In this document: positions 50,080-61,802 of the stretch, in pieces
Layout: every line of letters begins with the position of its first letter
Numbering within the stretch: position 1 is the first letter of the stretch
Assembly (NCBI RefSeq): GCF_018977255.1
Contig: NW_024704742.1
Coordinates: 17,052,001-17,116,000, forward strand
Length of the DNA: 64,000 nt
Direction: 5' to 3'
DNA from: Callorhinchus milii
Lineage: Eukaryota
The notes under the pieces: generated by a model
Told to the model about the DNA's origin: nothing
The model's database searches: none
What the model saw: the letters and a program-made list of their open reading frames with translations, nothing else
Position numbers and translations under genes: made by a program

Positions 50080-51994
50080 ACAATTGCAATTTTATTTTTT
50101 CCATGGGTTTTTCACCTCCATTTTCTCTCTTATTGTTTTGCTTTCTGAAGCCGTTTTGACTCCTTTCTCCTTCGACTATGGTACGGTTTCACAGGTGTAG
50201 TGTGGAATTATACTTTCAAATCAGATTAGGCTTATCCATAAGAGTACAGGGACAAATTCACAACTCTTTCAGAGCAGAGAACAGGTAGGGCAAGGAGCAG
50301 TGCAATCCTTTAGTGGTATTCACTGATAGAAACCACATTATCTGTTTTATCCAGCACTAAGTCAACTTGTTCTGCAAATATAAATACTTCTTTCTGTAGA
50401 AATATGAGCTTAATTTATTAGTATTTTGTCACTCAAATTAAACTGAAACATCTGTTGCATATGTGAGGTTATTCATCACTGTTTAAGTGTGAAGGGTCTT
50501 GACAAAGATTTAATATGGGATAAGATCAGGTCAATTCAGCGCCTTGGGACGTCCTCCTGATGTGAAAGGTGCATCAGAAATGTAATTTTGTATTTTGTAT
50601 AACTCAGCATTTATGTTAGTATAAATCTCCAGTGATTCTGTGTCCACATTCAACAATGTTTTACATATAGATAAAAGAGAACCAAGATCACCAATGTAGA
50701 TTCACATTAATATCACACCACATAAACATAAAGAACAGCACCATGGAAAGCTTTCTAGGGGAGCTTTCCAATCATTAATATTCTAAACATCTCCAGGTCT
50801 GTTTTGTTGACCTTTTTTTAAACCTTGGAAACAATGAAAATTAACAGTTTTAAATCCACCAACTCCCTCGGGTAGCTCCCAGCAAGTATATAAGTCAATC
50901 CAGAACATTTGAGATCACATAGAATTGTAGAAAATTCTTAACTTCGGCACTTCTCAAAACTACCAACTATCACATTAAGAATTGAATTTAAGAATTTTCC
51001 ATAAAATTGAGGCCTCTGAAAATTGCACCATCCATGTAAATGGGCTGAAAGATTCTTTAACTTTGTACCTGTACTCGATTGTAAAAATAACAGCTTTCAA
51101 TGTGCTCACACCCCACTCCTCTAAATATTGCCTTTGCTTAGTTGGGATGACGCTGCTGCATGTCCCTCCGCTCCACAATTGGTGGTCATGCTTTTCAGCC
51201 ACTATGTCTTGAAATTCTGTAACTCTGCCTTATTCCCTCCGTTTTGCCCCTTCTCTACTGGTCTTCAAATTACACCATCCTTTGGTTGCTACCCTTTCTA
51301 TCTCAGTGTCAAGCCACATTGTTATTAAGCACTCCGTGGTACTCCCTGTGTGAAGGGTGCTATATAAACGGAGGATGTTGGTATTGTTAATTCACAGATT
51401 TGATTGTATATGAAAAGAATCAGACAACTGAAATACCAAATTTAAGAAGAATAATGGGGTCTAATTTGTGGTATTTGACAATAGGGAATCCTTTAAAAAT
51501 TCTTCTTAACCTGAATTGAATTCCCTGCCTCAATCCATCTGACTTGCTCCTTCTTTGTCTATTTTTAAATCAACTTGAAGATTTATATTGTCCAACCTCA
51601 TCAGGGTACAGCACTCCAAAGGTACTATCCTGCATGGAGGGTGCCGTACAAAGCTGTTGTTATAGATTGCATTGGAGCAGAATAGTTATACGTGGGAGTA
51701 AACTGCTAGAAGGAGTCTCTATAAGAGTGATTCGGATTCCTTATTCGGGAATTAACCCACACACCCCCTCCCGCCCCCCACCCCACACACACACAGTTTT
51801 ATAAATAATGGAATAAAGAAGAAAACTATGCATGACAGTAAGCTTCAGGCAAATTACTTGTGAATGGCTGAAATGAAATGTGTATTAACAGTAACATACA
51901 CTTTGTATTGTGATATATTTGTTGTTTACATTGAATTATACTGTTACCAACAAAAAACAGTAAATTTATAGTTTTTAAAAAAAGCTATTAGCTT

Positions 51995-52475
51995 CTCCAA
52001 TGGGTAGTATGCAAAATAGAAGTTCACTGAATTAATTCCTGGTCTGTGCTGAATTAACTGATCTCAGCCAGAAGGGACACTATTCAATGATTCTTATAAG
52101 AGAGTGCACTTGTGGACCTTGGTTGAGGATTGGATTGAGCTTGTCTCTGATGCACTCCACAGTACAATGGTTAACACTCACAATGTGGGCTTGAAAAATG
52201 CACTTAAAAAATGTCCAGTGTCCTGGCCAACAATCCACAGATAGAATTGGTCATTCATTTCATAACTGTTTGTGAGACATTACTTTGCACAAATTGGCTG
52301 CTGCCTTTGCCTAGAAAATGCACAGTTTATCATATTGTCAAGAAGATTTAACATCATGATAAGGGGCTATATCAAGCACAAGAATTATTACTATTGTTAA
52401 TTGGGCAAGGCACCGGAGGGCTGCGGAAGAGTATAATAGACTACGAATGATTCAGGACCTTTAGGAGAGGAGGGT
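51995..52475 (+). mobile_element. Ancient AmnSINE2-like repeat split by a Deu-SINE 3' half (~52210-52395)
   Basis: CCTGGTCTGTGCTGAATTAACTGATCTCAGCC..GTTGAGGATTGGATTGAGCTTG; host resumes TTGGGCAAGGCACCGGAGGGC..CCTTTAGGAGAGGAGGG. Confidence 0.6.
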
Positions 52476-53009
52476 ATAAAATCGGCTAATTTAATATTGC
52501 TGGAATGACTTCTGGATCTTTGCCAGGTTTACCGCATTGAAGCACTGAGCAGCGTCTGGTAGTGAATTCCCACCCACATATATGTTTCCAAACACACAGC
52601 ATAGGGACAAGATAATGTTGCAGCTGTAAATTACACCAAGACATGATGTGGCAAGGCAAGGCCAGCCAGGTTGAGTGCGCCCATCGATTGCCACACAAAC
52701 TAAATATTTTTGAAAGAGCAAAACAGGAGAGATGGTAAGAACAAAACACACCACTCCTTCACCGTGACTCAAATTTCAAGTTGCACCTATTTTGGGCTTG
52801 TAAAGACCAGTGCTGACTGGTTCCAGGGAATTCATGGATGGGGTAGGGATAGGAACAAAGAACATAAACTGATCTTAGAGCCACCAATTTCCCCCAGTGT
52901 GATCACAACTTCCTTTCGCTGCCTTAAAATGGAGAACAGTCACGTTACATTTCTGTAACAATTATATTGCACTTTTGTGATGGAATGACAATTCTGAAAT
53001 TGTCATTCA

Positions 53010-53825
53010 GTTGGGCTCCCATCAGCGCCACCACACCTCAGGCACTGACAACATCAGTATCCAAGAATGCACACTCCATCTCATCGTGCCAGTCAGGAAT
53101 CCTGGCATCTTGTTTGACCCTCAACTGTCCTTTCTACCCCACATCCGTGCCATGACCGCTCTGCCTTCCCCCACCTCTGCAACATTTCCCAGCTCCACCA
53201 TTGTCTCACACCACAGGCCGCCGAGATCTTCATAAGCGCATTCATAACATCGAGGCTCGACTATGCAAACTCCCTGCTTGACGGCCTCCGCAACCCCTCC
53301 CTCCATAGGCTGCAGATCATCCAGAACTCTGCAGCCCGTGTCTTCTCCCGGACCAGGCTCCACGACCCTATCACCCCCATCCTCGCTCAACTCCACTGGC
53401 TTCCCATCACACAAAGGATACAATTCAAGACCCTGGTCCTCACTCTCAAAGCCCTCCATGGCCTTATTCCACCCTACCTCTGCAAGCCCCTACCCGCTCC
53501 CTCCGCTCAGCAGGCTCCGGCCTGTTTCACATTCCCCACCTTGCCCGTCCCACCACTGCTGGGCAGGCCGTCAACTACTCTGCCCCCACCCTCTGGAACT
53601 CCATCCCGCAGTCTCTCTGCCTCATTCCCTTCCTTGCCTCCTTCAAGACCCATCTCAAAATCCTCCTCTTCGACCGTGCCATTGGTCACCCTCCATCTCG
53701 CCCTGCCCTCCACCCTTCCCAATCTCGACCCTCAGATCGTGTCCAAAATATTGAGTGTCCAGTGCCTTGGGACGTCCTCCTGATGTGAAAGGCGCTATAC
53801 AAATGTAATTTTGCTGTTGTTGTTG
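53010..53825 (+). mobile_element. 5'-truncated L2-A (~0.8 kb)
   Basis: VRNPGILFDPQLSFLPHI in the ORF track; other frames give RLQIIQNSAAR and LHWLPITQRIQFK; (TTG)n tail. Confidence 0.9.
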
Positions 53826-54954
53826 AAATGCAATGAACCAACACAAAAAACGTTCCCTCCACTTTTAATACAGTGCAACTTATTTAGATGTGGATATCTG
53901 TGTCTTAAATGCTGTATAAGAACCTGATGAACAGTAGTCTGCAGGAATAGATATCTCTTTAGTGTTAAAGACTCCAGCAGTGTGACTTGCTGCTGATTTC
54001 AGGACAAACACTCAGTCACCCCAGGTAGAGATCAGTTACCCCACACAGAGCTCATTTACCCCGGGAGACCCTCGCTTTGCCTGGGAGATGCTCACATGTT
54101 GGGGAGAACTCACATCCCGTGCAGTTACGTGGAGACGGTCCCACCTTTAGAGAGCTCGGGCACCTGAGCAACTCACTGACATGAATTCAAAAGAATAAAA
54201 CACTGGAGAGTAAAACAGTCAGGAGAAAGGAAGTACCATTTATTATCATGAGGTTCATTATAACATATCACCAGCTGGTGGAGGAAATGTGAACCCATCT
54301 CCTCCTTTCAATGAGTGTATAAGCATGTGTGAAACGAACAGGGAGACCTCAATTCTGCCTTCAAATCATCCAGTTTACAGCAATGTACTTGGGTAAACTT
54401 GCCAATCCTGTCAGACCATCCTGGACTGAATCCAGTCAATTCCCAGCCCAAAGCAGCACACACAGTCTGCACTTTCTTGCTGAATTCAAGTACTGGGCTG
54501 CTTGGGGGGGGGGGGGGAAGTAATGAAATTTGATATTTCCAGTTAAACTCCCAACTGGGATACCAATTAATCAAAGAGAGAGGTGGGGGGACACATTGCA
54601 ATTCATCCGAAGCAGAAGATTTCCATTTGGGGAGAAAGAGGGATAAGTCTATTGCGGTTGCAAATTCACCTGGTAACTGTGATGAGCGAGAGAAAAAAAA
54701 GAAAGGACAGTTTTCATTTCATCTGAAGCTAACAAGAGTAAGGCAGTGAACTTGCAGGTCAGCAACAATATTAGAGTAACTCGCCTGCGGCAGTGCCAGC
54801 GGCTCCCACGCGAGTTCCAGCGTTAAATAACTGCCAACAAACCCGGCTTTAGGAAGTACACAGCCTAAATGTTTAGCAGATCGCCCTGTGCCAAGTCTAA
54901 CTTACTGAATACACACGGTCTCTTGTCATGCTTTACGTCCAGATCATTTTGCAG

Positions 54955-54990
54955 GAGAGAGAGAGAGAGAGACACAGAGAGAGAGAGAGA
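54955..54990. repeat. (GA)n microsatellite immediately inside the exon-1 donor
   Basis: GAGAGA..CACA..GAGAGA, about 8 nt from the GT donor. Confidence 0.9.
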
Positions 54991-54998
54991 TCACTCAC

Positions 54999-55143
54999 CA
55001 GCTTTGCAAGGGTCTCTGTAATCGATGACCTCGCCTTTCTCTTCATCGTAGTAGTTGGACGTGTAATCGTCCCGGAGTCCACTCACTCGCTGCGTTTTCC
55101 CAGAGAGAGTCAAGGAGGTGAGTAACAGTGCAATCACATTCAT
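54999..55143 (-). CDS. TLL1: First coding exon of a tolloid-like (BMP1/TLL family) astacin metalloprotease, most similar to TLL1: signal peptide plus start of prodomain
   Basis: Manual translation MNVIALLLTSLTLSGKTQRVSGLRDDYTSNYYDEEKGEVIDYRDPCKA + 1 nt, followed by G|GTGAGT donor (phase 1). IDY(K/R)DPCKA is the tolloid-family exon-1 end; the N-terminus resembles recalled zebrafish Tll1 (MNWIALLL...YYEEEKTETIDYKDPCKA). A at -3 of the ATG and an in-frame TAA 13 codons upstream. Confidence 0.9.
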
Positions 55144-56150
55144 TTTTCGTTTGGGTTTTTTTTTTGTTTTTTTTTGCTTTTATGATATTAAATCTTCGTG
55201 GAAAGAAGCGATGCCTGGGGTGGGGTGGGGTGGGGTGGGGTGGGGGGTGGTGGGGGGAGTGGGGGGTGGTGGTGGGGCTCGACTGTGGAGCTCAAACCGC
55301 TGGCAGCTTCCGAATTGGGTTTCTCTTACTCCAGGAGGTGGGAAGTAGATGCAAGTCGGTGGGATTCAGAGGAGGTGAATGCAAAGCCCGTTGTAGCGCA
55401 CAGCTCCGGAGCAGAGAGAAGTTTGATTAATGGCAGCTTTGTAAATTGGTCCGTTGTAAATTGGGTGTTTTTCCCCCCTGCTGTGAGTTGGTCGCCTTGT
55501 TAATCCAGCCTTTCTTTTTTTTTGTTTAAAAAAAAACTTCAGGAGGTCCTTGTAGAAAGATAACGTCTAGTGTTCTGAACATCCACTCTGCAAAAGGCAC
55601 AGCAGATCATAATTTAAACAAACACACACACACACACACACACACACAACACAAAAAAAAAGAGACCTGGACAGCCTCTGAACAATGATGACATACATCC
55701 ACTACACGGGGCAAAGTGCCAGCAAATAGCACTTTTTCTGCAAAACTTACGAAAATCCTATAGGCATATAATAGTCGTCAGCAGCCTTGAGCATCCTGCT
55801 TACTTATTCATACAATCAGGGTCATCCGGACCAGTTTGATCGCTTTTCTTGATAAAAAGCAAACCTCACACAGCAACACAGCGGCCACGTTGAGAGAAAT
55901 AAATAAAAAGCTCAGGTCACGGAGTGGCTAAAGACGCCTTTCTGTCTCTCGCTGAGAAGCCTAAGCGGGGACTGATTTTCACAGTGATGAAACTAAACCC
56001 CAGTGAAGGGAGGGAGGGAGGGAAATCCACAGCTGTCACAGCAGCTGATTGTGGTTTCTTACCGAGGTGATCTCTCAGGCAAAAAAAAAATCATCTGCAC
56101 TGTCCACAAGAAAGAAGTATCCCTTTAAAAACTGCAACTTCTAAAGCCAC
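55144..56150 (-). promoter_or_regulatory. Putative 5'UTR/proximal promoter of the tolloid-like gene
   Basis: Directly upstream of the ATG, free of recognisable SINE/LINE copies, more CpGs than the intron; contains (GGGGT)n and (CA)n tracts. TSS cannot be located. Confidence 0.4.
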
Positions 56151-56979
56151 ACTGTTGCTAAATTCTGCTTCTGGGAACGACGGATTTTAATGAATCACAT
56201 CTAATGATTAGTATACAGTACAGAGGTTCAGAAAGTGCACACTTTAAGCAGTCCCAAAGTAATAAACAGGCTAGATGATTTATGTGGTAAGATTTATCCT
56301 TCAGATATAAGTGTGAATACCTGATCCAAGCATAAAACAACTGGGAGCAGAGATACTATCCACTCAGCTCCTGTTAACTGTTTAAGCCAAAGCCTTAACA
56401 CTTAGAATGGTCTAAGCTGCATAAGCAAAAAGGAAAGCTTACCAGACCATCCTCTCAATGGCGAGCTGTTTTAGTTGGTTCCACTCATATCCCAACACAA
56501 TGCCACTGGGGTCTTCAAGCCTTGGTTCTTACCAGCCTGTGCCTAATACTCTCCAGAATTAGGCACAATACAAAATTACATTTGTAAAGTGTCTTTCACC
56601 TCTGGAGGGCGTCCCAAGGCGCTGAACAGTCAGGGATAAGGACCTGAGCTGGCGGAGGTGGGGGGTGCAGTTCCTTCCAGGAAGAGAACATGCATTCCAT
56701 TCCAGACACTAACATTTCTGGTGGCATACATACGTGGGATCCCTTTTGTGCCATGGGCATTTATGTGGTACATCTGCTGTGAGGTGATTTTTATTTACGA
56801 GGACCCACTGTACTCATTTTATTATACAATATGGTGTGATTTCATGTTGTTTGCCATTTCTAGTAGGACGTACTTGTGTGTGTTATGCTGCTTGTGGTGT
56901 AACACACACAGTGAACTTGTGTGCACTGCAGTCCTGCATAGTGCACTGTTGGAAAAAAAAGTGATAGCACCATATCCAT

Positions 56980-57147
56980 GATAGCTTTCAAAAGGGTATC
57001 AGACATATATTTGAAAAGGAAAAATGGAAAAAGGTGAAGGGAAAAGGCAGAGGAGCAAAACTAAACAGACAGCTCAGCTCGGAGATCTGGCACAAGCACA
57101 ATGGATTGAATGGCCTTCTTCTGGGCTAGCTAAAGCATTCTGTGATA
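56980..57147 (+). mobile_element. CR1 3' end
   Basis: AGCTTTCAAAAGGG..GGGAAAAGGCAG..GCACAAGCACAATGGATTGAATGGCCTTCTTCTG..ATTCTGTGAT. Confidence 0.75.
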
Positions 57148-57264
57148 TCAGCAGTCCAGTGAACCTACTGAACAAAGGCTACTGCCGTCAAATCAATAAT
57201 GCTTATGAGGGAGGAAAATTGCAGTATGTGCTGTGATAATTAAAACCAGTGATCATTATCGTTG

Positions 57265-58090
57265 GACAGAAAAGGTGAAGGGAGAGGTGACCATAGATGT
57301 GTTCGAATAGTTATGTTTTCAGGTGAGATTTAAAGGTAGATAGAGAGGAGCCGAGGGGAGGGGGGTGGGGCGGTGGATTCCAGAGATTATGGACATGGTG
57401 ACAGAGTGCACGGCCACCGATGATGGCACGGATGGGTTGGGGGAACACAGAAAGCCTGACCTAGCTGACTGAAGGGAATGGGCAGAGGAATGGGGTAGAA
57501 GCAGGTCAGAGAGGTTGGGTGTTCCTATGTTATGGAGAAATGTGTATATGACAGTGAGGATCTTAAAAGTTAATACGTTCGGAGCTACAGAAGCCTAGCG
57601 AAGATTGGGATGATAGGAGTTCAGACTTTGGCACAGGTGATGATGTAGGCAGTGGACTTTTATAGGAGCTGGACCTTATGGATGGTGGAACTGGGAAGAC
57701 CAGCGAGTAGTGCATTTGAGAAAACAATGCAGGAGGTGACAAAGGCATGGATGTAGGTTCTAGTAGCATTTGGAGCGAGATAGGTGAAGGAGAGCAGTCC
57801 TGGTTAGGGTCCAAATTTGGGATAGGAAGGAAAGCTGAGGGTTGAACCAAACACCAAGGTTGGGAACAGTTTCTACGAATTTGAGAGATAGGCCGGGGAG
57901 GTTGACAAGGTCAGAGCCAATGTGAGGAGATGGTGGCAGGAGCCAAGATTGATGGCTTATCCTTGTTAAGCTTTAGAGAGTTGCTACTCATCCAGACCTT
58001 GACATCTGACAAACAGGCAGACAGATTTATCAGTGGACCTGGCATCATGATTAGAGGCGGAAAAGTAGATCTACACATGGATGAACACAT
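57265..58090 (-). mobile_element. Old L2 fragment
   Basis: LSACLSDVKVWMSSNSLKLNKDK and downstream L2 ORF2-like sequence. Confidence 0.8.
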
Positions 58091-58511
58091 GTACAAGATT
58101 CTCTGGATGTGGGGTGAGCAGGGTCTGCCCATGGTTGATCAGCCTTTCTGATTTATGAATGAAACTTGGAGCTGTAGTGTTGTGCTCAACTCTGCAATCT
58201 ACTAAACCCGAAAGTATAATGTGGTTCTGGCTAGAAAAGTACCATAAATATACCAGTTTTAAATATTGGTAAACCATATGTATCATTATCATTAGGTTCC
58301 TGGCACATGCCTCCTCCTGAATCCACCATCAAACACACATCTACCCTTGCAATCGACTATCCTGCAGTTGAATTCTAATAAATGCATAAGTCATTTCAAT
58401 AAGCATGAATATACTCCAATTTTACTGAAAATTATTATCCCTCATTTTATCTACACATATGCTCAAAGATAAATGAGGCAGTTTTTCAAATTGATAAGAA
58501 AATAATACCAT

Positions 58512-58875
58512 TAATAATAATATAAAACCTTGCATTTAATATGGAGCCTTATTACATTGTTGAAAAGTCTCAAAGCTCTTCATAACGTTTTACAGCAAAT
58601 TATAATGACTGTGCATTTATCTGGAGGATTGCTGGCCAGGCCACAAGGTAGAACTCTCTTCTCTTTTCAAATAGTGCTATGGGCTGTTGAAAATGGCAGC
58701 CTGGGCCTCAGTTTAACATCTCATCCAAAGAGCAGCATCTTGCACAGTGCAGTACTCCACCAGCACTGCATTATTGTAGTGGTAGCCTGGATTGTGAATT
58801 CAAAGCCCCTATATGGGGCTTAAACCACAATCTCCTGACTGGGAGGTGAAAGTGCTACCAACTGAGCCAGGCTAG
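58512..58875 (-). mobile_element. Near full-length Deu-domain SINE
   Basis: Head AGCCTGGCTCAGTTGGTAGCACTTT (minus), Deu motifs, (AAT)n tail. Confidence 0.8.
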
Positions 58876-59719
58876 TACATTACTTTTTTTCAATTACAGT
58901 AAATCATGTTCAACACACATTTATTGTATGATTGTTATATAAATGTATATTGTTGAAACTAATGTGATACCAAGACCATTTGATGCAGTTTAAACAGATC
59001 ATGAGGTATTATATTGCCCATCACAATGTCACTCTCTGTTCACGCAAAGTAGAATTCTGTACATGTATATTTAAATGCACGCGTGAAATTCTGCATATCA
59101 GCTTCTGATGCAGGTTTAAATGAAGTTTAGGTTTTCTTTAAATGAAAAACAGCTGACTATATAATGTGGATCTGTGCCATTCAGAATAGTCTCAAGTTCC
59201 AGCCCATTCTTATCAGCTGAGATCAGCACACTAATACTGTGCTGAGTATGCTGATCTAGTTGTTACAAATGCCCTCAGCAAAGCTTAGGATGAGAAGGCA
59301 AAAGAATTAGCTAGGAATCCCACTCTGATCCCTAATCAACGACCCTTCTTGGAAAGTGTGCAAGTGTGAAATCAGATGAGGAAAGCATTAGGCTTGAATG
59401 TGATGCCACCTCTGGCTGAATAGCATGCCAACATTCACATGTGAAATGCCTATTTGGTAAGGTACAAGAGGATGGCCTTTGTCTTTGGAAATAAGTGGTA
59501 TTGCCTTCAGGAGAGGTCAAAGCATCACAAACTTAAGGTTTCGTATTAAACATGGTTCAACAGACCATCTGCAGGGTTATGCAACCAAAATGATGCTCAA
59601 GCAGTGCATATCTTCCCAGCTGTCAACTACTACTAAGAAAATGTAAATTATTTTGGAATTAACTCACACTGGTTCCTTCTATACAAATTACCAAATCCAC
59701 CCAAACTGTATTCTCTTTT

Positions 59720-59905
59720 CTAATAATAATAAAAAATAATGTTTGCATTTGATAGATTACCTTTCACATCTTCTAGATGTCTCAAAGCGCTTCACAGAAG
59801 ACTGTAAAGTGAATTGACTGTATACTTGTGGGTGAAACACAGCAGCCAATTGCATATAGCAGTGTCCCACAAACAGGCATGGATTGAAGTGACCAATCTA
59901 TTTTT
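59720..59905 (-). mobile_element. SINE 3' half
   Basis: CTCAAAGCGCTTCACAG..GTGAATTGACTGTATA..GCAGCCAATTGC..GTCCCACAAACAG. Confidence 0.8.
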
Positions 59906-60314
59906 TTTGGAACTAAATGGTATTGCCACTAGTGGTAAGTGGAAATAATATCTAATTTCCTTTTATAGTGGCCTCACTGTGTATAGTTCATCTTCTGCTT
60001 CTTTGTCCATTAACTAAGTGGTTCATGGAGGCTCTATAATTGTTATTATTGCTATAATTATTGCTATACTGCCCATAATTGGTGGTAATAGTTGTTATTT
60101 TAACAAGTTATTATAAAAATAAAAGTTTCTCAATGAGTTTGCAGCTATGAAATCTTTTCATTCTTCATTTTGTAACCTGTGCTGGGTGTTACCTAACTCT
60201 TGATTTATCTTATTTTCTATTACTCGTTTGGTGTCCCAATACTTCTTTCCAAATTCCTCCCCACTTCCTGTGCACTATTACATATATTGCTAACATATTA
60301 TTGATGACTGAACC

Positions 60315-60560
60315 TCACACGTAAGTGTTGACTGACTGTACAACTATGGGACCCACCTGAGCCAAGCCCAGACCATCCTTACCACAAAAGTCCATGCACA
60401 TACATCATCTAAATGGACTCTCTGAATCAGCAGCAAGAACCTTGTTGATTTTATTCTCCCAGTTGCATTGAACCAGGTGTACTGGGACCAATTATATAAT
60501 GCCAATTGCTGGCAGATTGAAATCAGCTAAATGAGTTCAGACCAAAAATAAAACCTGTGC
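60315..60560 (-). mobile_element. Ancient AmnSINE2-like repeat (likely donor of the inverted copy at 60930-61088)
   Basis: Reverse-complement motifs GGTCTGAACTCATTTAGCTGAT, AATTGGTCCCAG, AAGGTTCTTGCTGCTGAT, GGTAAGGATGGTCTGGGCTTGGCT. Confidence 0.6.
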
Positions 60561-60694
60561 TGCTCTTTTCAACATTGATGGTGTATCATGTTACAGGCTT
60601 TGATTATTATCCTAGATTCTCAATTTTAAAAAGTCCAAGATGAAAATTGTTTAATGTAAATGCATGACATGCAATACAATTATTTCATAACATG

Positions 60695-61802
60695 GGTGTT
60701 ACCCTGGCTCAATTGGTAGCTCTCTCCTCGGAGTTAGGTTGTGAATTCAATACAATTTATGTAATGCCAAGGATGTCTCAAACCCCACTATTGCAACTTT
60801 TAACACATTGACACTCTAGTGCAGTGTTGAGGGAGTGCTGCATTTTTGGAGGTGCCTTCATTCAAGTGAGACATTAAACCGAGATTCTGTCGACTGGTTC
60901 AAATCCACGGGATTTTTCAGCCTGACCATCAATTGCCATGCTATAATTGTCTCCAGCACACTTGAGTCAATGTAACTGGGATTAGAAAATGGACAAGGTT
61001 CCTGCTGCTGATTCAGAGACTCCATTTAGATGATGCATGTTGGATGGACCTTGGTGGTAAGGATGGGTCTGGGCTTGGCTGAGATGGGCTATTCGAAAAG
61101 TACAATGAGTTTTTCCCATTGACCTGGACAATGATTTCCCATATTAAAAAGTCCATTCACTTCCTGGCCATTGTGGGACATAGCTGTGCACAAAATGCCT
61201 ACTGTATTTGCCAACAAATAACAGTCACTGTACTTTAAAGAAGACCTCTGTGAATTTTTTTTGACATGGTAAGGCACTATATTAACTAATTCAGAATTCT
61301 GCTGCCTGGACACTCACTGTCAAAAACTCTGTAACTCCATCACACCAGTCCTTGCCAGGCTCCACTGGCTCCCAATTACTGAACAGATTGATTTCAAGAT
61401 CCTTTCACTTGTTTTCAATTCTCTTCATGCCCTCCACCTCCCTACCTATCCAATTTGCTTATCCCCCACTCCCTCACCCACTGCCTCCTCTCAGTTGGCT
61501 CTGGCTTGCTGTTCATCCCTTGTCCCCTCCGTTCCACCATCGATGGCCATGTCTTCAGCCATGACACCCCAAAACTCTGGAACTCTCTCCGTCAATCCCT
61601 CCGTCTTGCCCCCTCCCTCCCCACTTTCAAATCCCATCTAAAGATCTTCCTTCATGATCGTGCTTACGGTCACCTGAACCCTCCCTCTCCCCCTGACTCA
61701 GGGTCAGACTCCGCCACTGTCAAGCGCTCCAGGAGGCTATCCGCGTGAAGGGCGTTATATAAATGCAAGTTGTTGTATATCAAATGCAAGGTTCATTATT
61801 AT
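60695..61802 (+). mobile_element. Deu-domain SINE split by an inverted local duplication (~60912-61088) and by an L2-B fragment (~61283-61775) in its tail
   Basis: Head GTGTTACCCTGGCTCAATTGGTAGC; resumes CTATTCGAAAAG at 61089; L2 translation LWNSLRQSLRLAPSLPTFKSHLKIFL; TATAT flanks the L2. Confidence 0.75.

Larger units (their letters stand above)
1..54998 (-). other. TLL1: Intron 1 of the tolloid-like gene (>=55 kb, runs off the window)
   Basis: Begins with GTGAGT donor at 54998; no sequence encoding the expected exon 2 (AVFWGDIALD...) found by eye downstream; the first intron of TLL1 is very long in mammals. Confidence 0.65.

Noticed and set aside
56056..56535. Several GTAAG donor-like sites on the minus strand upstream of the ATG
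   Set aside because: Frequency compatible with chance and no paired acceptor or transcript evidence.
59091..59256. Small hairpins (CTGCAT..ATGCAG; GATCAGCAC..ATGCTGATC)
   Set aside because: Stems of only 9-12 bp, too short for a pre-miRNA and partly within an ancient SINE fragment.
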